From Candidatus Velamenicoccus archaeovorus (lineage in GTDB: Bacteria; Omnitrophota; Gorgyraeia; Velamenicoccales; Velamenicoccaceae), in contig NZ_CP019384.1 of NCBI RefSeq assembly GCF_004102945.1, positions 1,590,001 through 1,622,000 of the forward strand: 32,000 nucleotides of DNA, given 5' to 3'. The position numbers were made by a program, and so were the translations under genes. Below the pieces are notes generated by a model, which was not told where the DNA came from, searched no databases, and was given only the letters and a program-made list of their open reading frames with translations. Shown in pieces: positions 18,274 through 25,779 of the stretch (position 1 is its first letter; each line of letters opens with the position of its first letter).

Positions 18274-18369
18274 TACCAACTGTCCCGACGTTCCGCCAGT
18301 CGGCGGAAGTCGGGATCCCGACCGAACGCAAGTGAGCGTCGGGAAGCTACATCGGCACGAAATCTACTT
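18274..18369 (-). pseudogene. Partial upstream copy of tRNA-Thr (13-nt leader + nt 1-21) split by a 62-nt palindromic insert
   Basis: 18345-18369 matches 18248-18272 at 24/25 positions. 18274-18282 matches 18239-18247 at 9/9. The insert 18283-18344 sits between tRNA nt 12 and 13. It folds as nested CCCGAC/GTCGGG and TTCCGCC/GGCGGAA hairpins. Confidence 0.85.
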
Positions 18370-18426
18370 GCTCAACGACGGGATGTCCTTTGGAATGTCT
18401 GATTATAGCAAAACTTTTTTTTAAAC

Positions 18427-19959
18427 TCAAGAGAGGATTCGCTTTCTCCCTTTCAAGGCCGCAACCATCAGGAAAATAAGCAGATAGATGCCCAGGGCGG
18501 CCGGCCACGGCAAGCAGAAGCCGCAGAAGAACGCCCCGCGCATGCCGGCGAAAAACCTGTTGGCCCACAGAAAGACAAAAACCAAAAGATCATCGGCAAG
18601 GGCCAGGTATCGCGCCAAAGGCGCAAACCAACAAAAGCAAAGGAAGGAAAAACCGGCCGCCATCACAAGCCCCGAGAGAGGTATGACGACCATATTGGCG
18701 ATCAGGCCGATCAAGGACAGGTTGCCGAAGGCATAGGCGATCAGGGGCGCTGTCCCCAGCCAGGCGCAGAAGGACACCGCCCCTCCGGCGGCCAGCCGCC
18801 GGCTCCAGCGGCTCAACAGCGGCAGACGGGACAGATATTTTTCAAATAGGGCGGCCGGGTCTACAAGGGGATACACCCAAAAAATAAAAAACACGCTTAA
18901 AAAAGACAACTGGAATCCTCTGGAAAACAATTGAAGAGGATCAAACAAAAGAATGGCTAACCCGCTCAGGCACAGCGCATTCAAAAATAATGGATTGCGC
19001 TCGACGACAAGACAAAAGATGAACGCGCAAGACATGACGGTGGCGCGCACAACAGGGGCCGAAGCTCCAGTGAGAAGGCAATAGGCCCAGAGAAGAAGAA
19101 CCGTCGCCCCTGCCCTGATTCTCCCCTTGAACCGAAATATTTTCAAAAGGACCATCACGCCGAAGGCAATGATCCCGACATGCGAGCCGCTGACGACAAA
19201 AATATGCCATGTCCCTGCCCTGACGGCATCCTGGCGCAGCGCCTCCGGGAATTCCGCCCTTTTGCCCAAAAGGATGCCTTCCAAAACTCGTGCCGCCTCG
19301 CCCGAATGAAAAAGGCGGATGCGCCTGGAAAAATACTGCCGGGCAAAAAATACCCCGCGGGTATGCGCCGCAGCCTTACTCCATCCCCGGCGCGCCACAG
19401 GCGCCTGCAGCCAAAGAACCGCATCGTTTCCTTGGGCCCGAAAAACCTTGCTCAAAGAACTCATCGGGGACAGGCGGCCGCGGCACGCCACCCGGTCGCC
19501 GTAAAAAAGAGGCCGGTCTTTCTCCGAGGTGCCGAAGACTTGCGACTGCAAGGCCTTTTTGACGCGGACACGCACGCGGCCGCCGGCGCGGCGGCATTCG
19601 CCCTGCCGGCAAATCTCCTCGGCTTTCAGGGAGAAATTTCCCGACAGATCGTCATCCGTCACGATAACGCCGCGGACCTCGCAGGACCCCGTCCAGACGG
19701 CAACGATATCCTTTGAGGGTATGGCCCTGACGCTGAAAGCATACATGCCGAAAAGAACGACGCAACCGGCAGCGCAGCAAATGAACCCTTTCGGCCGCCG
19801 GACCGTCAAACAACAAGCCGCCAAAGCGAACAAAAGAAACACCGGGAAATAATCCGGCGCCGGATGTAAACCGGAGGCCAAAAGAATGCCCGAGACGTAA
19901 CATAGGGTAAAAACCACGACCGGAGGCACAGACACGAGACGGCGCCCTTCCATAACCAT
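18427..19959 (-). CDS. comEC: ComEC/Rec2-family DNA internalisation channel (DUF4131 + competence domain, no beta-lactamase domain)
   Basis: 510-aa polytopic membrane protein. An OB-like N-terminal region is followed by the competence-domain core (WHIFVVSGSHVGIIAF...LLTGASAPVVRATVM). Confidence 0.8.
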   Translation of the reverse strand: MVMEGRRLVSVPPVVVFTLCYVSGILLASGLHPAPDYFPVFLLFALAACCLTVRRPKGFICCAAGCVVLFGMYAFSVRAIPSKDIVAVWTGSCEVRGVIVTDDDLSGNFSLKAEEICRQGECRRAGGRVRVRVKKALQSQVFGTSEKDRPLFYGDRVACRGRLSPMSSLSKVFRAQGNDAVLWLQAPVARRGWSKAAAHTRGVFFARQYFSRRIRLFHSGEAARVLEGILLGKRAEFPEALRQDAVRAGTWHIFVVSGSHVGIIAFGVMVLLKIFRFKGRIRAGATVLLLWAYCLLTGASAPVVRATVMSCAFIFCLVVERNPLFLNALCLSGLAILLFDPLQLFSRGFQLSFLSVFFIFWVYPLVDPAALFEKYLSRLPLLSRWSRRLAAGGAVSFCAWLGTAPLIAYAFGNLSLIGLIANMVVIPLSGLVMAAGFSFLCFCWFAPLARYLALADDLLVFVFLWANRFFAGMRGAFFCGFCLPWPAALGIYLLIFLMVAALKGRKRILS

Positions 19960-20017
19960 CCTTGGGAAAGCGCTTGCGGGAAAGGACCTTGTCGAGCGAG
20001 AGGTGCGTGCGGGAGAG

Positions 20018-20416
20018 CTACTTTTCCTGCTGGGCTGCGATGCGCAGCCGTTCGATCCCCAGACCGTTCAAAACATCCAGGACGCGTACGACATTCTTGA
20101 ACGGCGCCAGGCGATCGACCTGAATAATGACCGTCATGCCGGGTTCGGCCGCCTTCTTTTGCATGAGGCGGTCTTCCAACTCTTTATACGTCACGACCTC
20201 GCCTTCGAGATACAACGGGCCTTCGCCGGAAAGGACGATCGTGACATATCCGCCGGGAGAACCGGGATTCATGACGTGTTTGGCCGAAGGCAAATTGACC
20301 TTGATCACCTTGTCCTTCGTCGGATTGAAGGTATAAAGAAGGCTGAACGAAATGAAGAAAAAGATAAACATGTTCAAGACGATGTCCGTCATGGCGACGG
20401 ACTCGAGGTTGAACAT
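20018..20416 (-). CDS. exbD: ExbD/TolR-family biopolymer transport protein
   Basis: MFNLESVAMTDIVLNMFIFFFISF... with a single TM helix and a periplasmic domain. Start trimmed to ATG 20416, 23 nt after the exbB stop. Confidence 0.8.
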   Translation of the reverse strand: MFNLESVAMTDIVLNMFIFFFISFSLLYTFNPTKDKVIKVNLPSAKHVMNPGSPGGYVTIVLSGEGPLYLEGEVVTYKELEDRLMQKKAAEPGMTVIIQVDRLAPFKNVVRVLDVLNGLGIERLRIAAQQEK

Positions 20417-20439
20417 GTATTTCCTGGTCGGCGCGATCT

Positions 20440-21060
20440 TCACAGGACCTTCCCTCTTGTCAAAAGCTCCAAGAGCTGCGAGCAATAGTCGTCGAGTTCA
20501 TGGGAAAAATATTTGATGCGGCTGATGAAATAATTGTAACACAGGTAATACGGGATCGCGACGATGAGCCCGGCGGCGGTCGTGATCATGGCCTCGTAAA
20601 TCCCTCCGGCGAGAGCGCTGACCGTCACGTCGTTGCCGGCCTTCTCCCAGGCCATGAAGGCGCGGATAAGACCCGTGATTGTCCCCAGAAAACCCATAAG
20701 AGGCGATATTCCCACGACAGACACCAGGCCTCCCAGCCTCTTCTCCAGTGTCTTGACCGCATGGTTGCCCATGCGCTCCAGAAGCTTCTCAAGTTCCAAG
20801 CGGGACAGGAGCCGGTTTTCAATGGCTGCCGCATACATGGCCGCCAGGGGATAATCCTTCTTTTGGCCGCAGAGGACAAGGGCCTCCCTGTATTTGCCCT
20901 TGTCGACGAGATCCAGGACGTCCCTGGAGAATTTCTGCATGTCCAGCCGATAGACGCGCCGGATGACAATAAACCTGTCCACGATGATCCCGGCGCCGAC
21001 AATGCTGGCCAGGATGATCGGGACCATCACAATCCCGCCCTTAACGATGAAAAATAACAT
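20440..21060 (-). CDS. exbB: MotA/TolQ/ExbB-family proton channel
   Basis: 206 aa with three TM helices and the conserved GISPLMGFLGTITGLIRAF and YEAMITTAAGLIVAIP segments. Confidence 0.85.
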   Translation of the reverse strand: MLFFIVKGGIVMVPIILASIVGAGIIVDRFIVIRRVYRLDMQKFSRDVLDLVDKGKYREALVLCGQKKDYPLAAMYAAAIENRLLSRLELEKLLERMGNHAVKTLEKRLGGLVSVVGISPLMGFLGTITGLIRAFMAWEKAGNDVTVSALAGGIYEAMITTAAGLIVAIPYYLCYNYFISRIKYFSHELDDYCSQLLELLTRGKVL

Positions 21061-21123
21061 GCGAAACCCCTTTCCGACCGCCGGCCTTGAAATCAGAGAC
21101 CAGCGGCCGCCGAGTGCCTGATC

Positions 21124-21462
21124 TTATCTGACGAACAAATATTTCTTAAAACCGGCGACCTTTTTGTCGCCGATCCCCTTCAAAAGCTTGAGTTCCTCGA
21201 CCGAGTTGAAGCGGCCTTTAAGCGAACGGACCCGCAAAATCTCCTGCGCCGTCTTCTCGCCGATCCCCGGCACCGCCACAAGCTCCGCCATGGTGGCCCG
21301 GTTGAGATCCACGACACAGGGCACCTGCGCATCTGCGTAGACCTCGACAGCGCTCCTGTTGCAGCCAAAGGCCTTGCGGCCGTGCGCCCAAAAAAGACCC
21401 ACGCTCAAAAGGACGCATAGAAAAATAAGGATCTTCCGTTCCTGGGAAGTCAATGAAATCAT
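21124..21462 (-). CDS. comEA: ComEA-like helix-hairpin-helix DNA-binding protein
   Basis: 112 aa with an N-terminal TM/signal and VDLNRATMAELVAVPGIGEKTAQEIL...LKGIGDKK (tandem HhH). The start forms an ATGA overlap with the leuS stop. Confidence 0.8.
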   Translation of the reverse strand: MISLTSQERKILIFLCVLLSVGLFWAHGRKAFGCNRSAVEVYADAQVPCVVDLNRATMAELVAVPGIGEKTAQEILRVRSLKGRFNSVEELKLLKGIGDKKVAGFKKYLFVR

Positions 21463-23906
21463 GACGCGACGATACTGACAAGTTTTTTAGGCACCACGAT
21501 CACCTTGTGGACAGCTTTGGCGGCCGTCCACTCCCTGACCTTCGGATCAGCCAGGGCCGCCTGCTTGACCTCTTCCTCTCCTGCGTCAACGCTCAATAAA
21601 AGCCTGGAACGCACCTTGCCGTTGACCTGGACAACGTAGGTCGCTTCTTCTTCGACCAGAAGGGACGGATCAAAAGACGGCCATGACGCCTTAAAAACGC
21701 TTGTCTTGTTGCCCAGCATCCGCCACATCTCCTCGCAGATATGCGGCACAAAAGGCGCCAAAAGGACCACGAGGACCCTGACGGCCTGGGCCGCAACGCT
21801 CGAGCGCTGCTCGTCCTCCGTAAGTTTGTAGAGCTCGTTGACCAGTTCCATAATGCTGGAGATGGCGGTATTAAACTTAAAGCCGCCCTCCATGTCGGAG
21901 GTGACTTTTTTGATCGTCTGGTGCATTTTCTTGACGACAGCGTCGAGGCCTTGAGACGACATGCGGCTGCCGCCGGCAGCTGTCCCGAGGCCGTCGGCCA
22001 GGCGCCAGACGCGGTTCAAAAACCGCCAGGCGCCGTCCATACCCTTGTCATTCCAGTCGAGCTCCGCCTCGGGCGGGGCCGCAAAAAGGATAAAAAGCCT
22101 CAAGGTATCGGCGCCGTAATTTTTGATGATCTCGTCCGGATCGACGATGTTACCCCTGGACTTGGACATGACCTCGCCTTCCTTGAGCACCATGCCCTGT
22201 GTCAGGAGGCGCTGGAACGGCTCGCGCACGGCGACCAGTCCCAGATCCGCCAAAAATTTCGTATAAAAACGGGAATACAAAAGATGCAGAACGGCGTGCT
22301 CAATGCCGCCGATATACTGGTCGACGGGCATCCAATAAGCGGCCTCCTCTTTGTCAAAGGGCGCTGTCGCGCACTGCGGAGAACAAAATCTTAAAAAATA
22401 CCACGACGAGTCGATGAACGTCGCCATCGTATCCGTCTCCCGGCGGGCCGGCTTGCCGCATTTGGGGCATTTTGTCTCGACAAACTCTTTGACCTTTGCC
22501 AGCGGGCTTCCGCCCTCTCCGGTGAATGTCACATTCTTGGGCAGGACAACAGGCAAGTCTTTTTCCGGCACGCCGACAACACCGCAGGAAGCGCAATAGA
22601 CGACGGGGATGGGCGTCCCCCAGTAACGCTGGCGCGAAATGAGCCAGTCGCGCAGCCGCCAGTGGACGGCGATCTTGCCCATCATCTTGTCTTCCATCCA
22701 GAGGGAGATTTTCTTCTTGGCGCCGCTGCTGTCCTGGCCGTCGAAGACTCCGGAATTGACCATGACGCCTTCGGTCTCAAAGGCCTCCTGCATCGTCTCC
22801 ACGACCAGCGGCTGATCTTTGGGCTGGATCACGACACGCATGGGCAGGCCATGCTCTTTGGCAAACAGAAAATCCCTCTGGTCGTGCGTCGGCACAGCCA
22901 TGATGGCGCCTGTGCCGTATTCCATCAGGACATAATCCGCGACCCAGACAGGGATCTTCTCGCCGTTGACGGGATTGACGGCATAAGCGCCCGTAAAACA
23001 TCCCTCTTTTTTGACGTCTTCGGCGACCCGCGCCAGCTTGGTCTCTTTAGCAACGCGGTCGATAAACCGCAAAACCTCCTGTTCCTGCGGCTTTCCCGAA
23101 ATAAGCTTTTTCACCAGAGGGTGTTCCGGCGCCAGAACGACGTAGGTCGCGCCGAAAATCGTATCCGGCCGCGTCGTGAAAACCCTCAATATGTCGCCCT
23201 TCTCCAGCTTAAAGAATATCTCGACGCCGAAGCTCTTGCCGATCCAGTTCTTCTGCATCGCAATCACGCGCTCCGGCCAATTCTCCAACCCTCCCAGGTC
23301 GTCCAAGAGGCAATCGCTGTAGGCGGTGATCTTAAGATACCACTGCTCCAGCTCTTTCTCGACAACAGGCGTGTGACAACGCCAGCAGCCGCCGTCGACG
23401 ACCTCTTCGTTGGCCAAAGTCGTCTCGCAACTAGGGCACCAGTTCACACTGGAGGCCTTTTTATACGCCAGGCCGCGCTCCAGCATCTTCAGAAAGATCC
23501 ACTGGTTCCACCGGTAATATTCCGCAAGACAGGTGGAGATCTCCCTGTCCCAGTCATAGGAAAACCCCATGCGCAGGAGTTCCTGCTTCATCCAGTCGAT
23601 GCACTTGAGCGTCCAAGTCTCGGGGTCCGACTTATGCTTGATGGCGGCATTCTCGGCGGGCTGGCCAAAGGCGTCGAATCCCATGGGATGCAGCACCTGG
23701 AAACCCTGCAGGATCTTGTAGCGGGCCACGACGTCGCCGATGGTATAGTTGCGCACGTGCCCCATATGGATGCGGCCCGACGGATAAGGAAACATCTCCA
23801 GGACGTAATATTTCGGCCTGGCCTTGTCCGGGACGGCCCTGTAAAGCTTATCCTCGGCCCAGATCTTCTGCCACTTGCTTTCCAGATCTTTAAAATGATA
23901 ATCCAT
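21459..23906 (-). CDS. leuS: Leucyl-tRNA synthetase
   Basis: 815 aa with a HIGH-type motif (PSGRIHMGHVRNY), a KMSKS-type motif (VMSKSRGN) and bacterial LeuS architecture. Confidence 0.97.
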   Translation of the reverse strand: MDYHFKDLESKWQKIWAEDKLYRAVPDKARPKYYVLEMFPYPSGRIHMGHVRNYTIGDVVARYKILQGFQVLHPMGFDAFGQPAENAAIKHKSDPETWTLKCIDWMKQELLRMGFSYDWDREISTCLAEYYRWNQWIFLKMLERGLAYKKASSVNWCPSCETTLANEEVVDGGCWRCHTPVVEKELEQWYLKITAYSDCLLDDLGGLENWPERVIAMQKNWIGKSFGVEIFFKLEKGDILRVFTTRPDTIFGATYVVLAPEHPLVKKLISGKPQEQEVLRFIDRVAKETKLARVAEDVKKEGCFTGAYAVNPVNGEKIPVWVADYVLMEYGTGAIMAVPTHDQRDFLFAKEHGLPMRVVIQPKDQPLVVETMQEAFETEGVMVNSGVFDGQDSSGAKKKISLWMEDKMMGKIAVHWRLRDWLISRQRYWGTPIPVVYCASCGVVGVPEKDLPVVLPKNVTFTGEGGSPLAKVKEFVETKCPKCGKPARRETDTMATFIDSSWYFLRFCSPQCATAPFDKEEAAYWMPVDQYIGGIEHAVLHLLYSRFYTKFLADLGLVAVREPFQRLLTQGMVLKEGEVMSKSRGNIVDPDEIIKNYGADTLRLFILFAAPPEAELDWNDKGMDGAWRFLNRVWRLADGLGTAAGGSRMSSQGLDAVVKKMHQTIKKVTSDMEGGFKFNTAISSIMELVNELYKLTEDEQRSSVAAQAVRVLVVLLAPFVPHICEEMWRMLGNKTSVFKASWPSFDPSLLVEEEATYVVQVNGKVRSRLLLSVDAGEEEVKQAALADPKVREWTAAKAVHKVIVVPKKLVSIVAS

Positions 23907-23942
23907 GGTTTTATGACTTGCAGTTTCAGTTTTAAGACGACA

Positions 23943-24785
23943 TCATGCGACCATCGCCTTGAGCCGTTTCATGTTCATGGCGTCTGCGCGCGGCGTTTCC
24001 TTCGGCGTCTCAAGGATAAAGGCCGCTTCGCGCAATACGGGATGGTTGACGATGTATTTCAGGGCGGCGGCGCCGATCAAGCCCTTTCCGATATGCTGAT
24101 GCCTGTCATGGTGAGACGCATGGGCCGTCATCGAATCATTGAAATGGACGACGCGGATGGCGCCCTTGCGCGTCCTCTCTTCGATATGGGCCAGGAGCAT
24201 ATCCACGACCCGGGGCTTGCGGATATCGAATCCCGCTTCGAAGGCGTGCGCCGTATCCAGGCAAACTCCCAGCCGATGGCTGTCTTTGACATGTCCGAAG
24301 ATCCTGCGATGGTGGTCAAACGTCGCCCCAAGCCACGATCCGGAACCGGCCGTGTTCTCCAAAAGCAATTTGACGCTCAAATCCTTGGTTTCCTTAAGGA
24401 TCTCATTGACGGCCGCAATGAACGCCTTAAGCCCGCGGGGAAGCGTGCTGTTCTTATAGCTGCCCATATGGGTCACGAGATACTCGGCGCCCAGAAGAGC
24501 GGCCTCATGCATATCTTCAATATAGGCCGCGATGGATTTTTTATAAAGAGGGCCGTAACTCGTTGCCAGATTTATAAGATATGGCGCATGGACGGCCACG
24601 ACCCCGATGCCATGTTCTTTGCGTCTTCTCCTGAATTCCCTGGCGTCCTCTTCCCCAATCTCCAGCTGCCTCCATTGCCTGGGATTCCTGGAGAAGATCT
24701 GCATGGCGCTACAGCCAAGGCCCGCCGCCCTGTCGACAGATTCGTAGATTTTCCTGCTTATAGAGACGTGGACACCCAGGAACAT
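23943..24785 (-). CDS. nfo: Endonuclease IV (AP endonuclease, xylose-isomerase-like TIM barrel)
   Basis: MFLGVHVSISRKIYESVDRAAGLGCSAMQIFSRNPRQW..., and the HAPYLINLA, LENTAG and CLDTAHAF motifs. Start trimmed to ATG 24785. Confidence 0.88.
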   Translation of the reverse strand: MFLGVHVSISRKIYESVDRAAGLGCSAMQIFSRNPRQWRQLEIGEEDAREFRRRRKEHGIGVVAVHAPYLINLATSYGPLYKKSIAAYIEDMHEAALLGAEYLVTHMGSYKNSTLPRGLKAFIAAVNEILKETKDLSVKLLLENTAGSGSWLGATFDHHRRIFGHVKDSHRLGVCLDTAHAFEAGFDIRKPRVVDMLLAHIEERTRKGAIRVVHFNDSMTAHASHHDRHQHIGKGLIGAAALKYIVNHPVLREAAFILETPKETPRADAMNMKRLKAMVA

Positions 24786-24908
24786 GAGGGTTTTCTCGAG
24801 GCCTTTCGAAACGAATAGGGTGATATTAACACAAAACCGCAAAGCCTTCAACAACATTTGACGGCGCAAAACCCCCAACCGCCCCCTCTTCTACCCCTCC
24901 TTTAAATG

Positions 24909-24937
24909 TTGACAACCCCGATGCTCTATACTATGAT
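24909..24937 (+). promoter_or_regulatory. Sigma70-like promoter TTGACA-N17-TATGAT upstream of tRNA-Ala
   Basis: The -35 element is at 24909-24914 and the -10 at 24932-24937, 31 nt before the tRNA 5' end. Confidence 0.5.
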
Positions 24938-24968
24938 TATTAAGCCATTTTAATATTAGAGATCAATT

Positions 24969-25044
24969 GGGGCTGTAGCTCAGCTGGGAGAGTGCCTGAC
25001 TGGCAGTCAGGAGGTCACGGGTTCGATCCCCGTCAGCTCCACCA
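24969..25044 (+). tRNA. tRNA-Ala(GGC), CCA encoded
   Basis: GGGGCTG TA GCTC AGCTGGGA GAGT G CCTGA CTGGCAG TCAGG AGGTC ACGGG TTCGATC CCCGT CAGCTCC ACCA. The G3:U70 Ala identity pair is present. Confidence 0.95.
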
Positions 25045-25358
25045 TCTTTTTCCGACAATGGAAAAAGATGGTGGATGCCGAAACGAGCGTCAATGACCCG
25101 ACAAGGGTCATAGCGAGTTTCGGCGCCCCCACCTTAATGTTTTCCCGACAAGGGAAAAAGTGGTGGATGTCGAAATAAGCGTTGCACAGCGAGTGCGTAG
25201 CGAAGAGGAGCCTCCTCGAAGAGGACAAGCGAAGCAGCTTATTTCGACGCCCCATCCTTAATGTAGTCCCCGACAGGCAAAAAAGATGGTGGATGCCGGA
25301 ACGAGCGTCAATAACCCGGCAAGGGTCATAGCGAGTTTCGGCGCCACCACCGCAATGT
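25039..25358 (+). repeat. Three-unit tandem array of composite palindromic modules fused to the tRNA-Ala 3' end
   Basis: A 13-bp perfect hairpin pairs CCACCATCTTTTT (25039-25051, includes the tRNA CCA end) with AAAAAGATGGTGG (25062-25074). The 61-nt segment 25067-25127 recurs at 25285-25345 (58/61). The middle unit has the same ends (GTGGTGGATGTCGAAAT...ATTTCGACGCC) but a different core. Unit junctions are CCCACCTTAATGT, CCATCCTTAATGT and ACCACCGCAATGT. Confidence 0.85.
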
Positions 25359-25389
25359 AAACCAACAAGGTCGTGCCTAACCCCGGCTC

Positions 25390-25779
25390 ATGAAGCCAAA
25401 ACAAGGCATTCTTCTCTTCGGTCTGATCGAAATCGGCATCGGCACCGTCACCCTGGCCGCGATAGGCCGCAATATTCTCGCAGGATTCCTCCCCAAGCCT
25501 CCAAACGTTCTGACGTTTGTCATCACGAGCAGCCTGATCTCGATCTGCCTGGGCGCAGGTATCCTTTTGAGACGGCCTTATACGAGAAAACTTTTGATCT
25601 TTTTTGCGGGATGGGTCATCCTCAGCAAGGTCCTGATTTTCGCCGGCATCATCGTGCTCTGCTGCGAGCTAGAAACAACCATCGCCGCCGACGTCAAAAA
25701 TATCATCTCGATTCTCTATCACAGCGCCGTCATCGCCTATTTCCATAGCCGATCCATCAAAGCGGAGTTTAAGCCATGA
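25390..25779 (+). CDS. Hypothetical small integral membrane protein (4 predicted TM helices)
   Basis: 129-aa hydrophobic ORF. Its stop overlaps the NfeD start (ATGA at 25776). Confidence 0.55.
   Translation: MKPKQGILLFGLIEIGIGTVTLAAIGRNILAGFLPKPPNVLTFVITSSLISICLGAGILLRRPYTRKLLIFFAGWVILSKVLIFAGIIVLCCELETTIAADVKNIISILYHSAVIAYFHSRSIKAEFKP

Noticed and set aside
18107-18568. ORFs 18107..18331 (-), 18202..18402 (+) and 18347..18568 (-)
   Set aside because: They overlap tRNA-Thr, its partial copies and the hairpin inserts, or the comEC 3' end. There is no coding signal.
22662-24818. 718-aa plus-strand ORF spanning the antisense of leuS and nfo
   Set aside because: It is codon-aligned antisense to both genes (all three frames share the same phase mod 3). 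Stops can therefore arise only opposite TTA/CTA/TCA codons, which this GC-rich codon usage avoids. The sequence is low-complexity and Arg/Leu/Asp/Gly-rich, with no SD.
25039-25074. T-box-type riboswitch idea, because TGGTGG could pair with a tRNA NCCA end
   Set aside because: No specifier loop, no conserved T-box sequence and no downstream aminoacyl-tRNA synthetase or amino-acid gene. The pairing partner is the cis-encoded tRNA 3' end itself.
25007-25255. 82-aa minus-strand ORF
   Set aside because: It overlaps the tRNA-Ala 3' half and runs through the palindromic repeat array. It is an artefact of the repeats.
25039-25358. Possible CRISPR array downstream of tRNA-Ala
   Set aside because: There are only three units. 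The repeats are long composite palindromes (61-nt shared core) rather than short identical direct repeats separated by unique spacers. No cas genes are present in the window.
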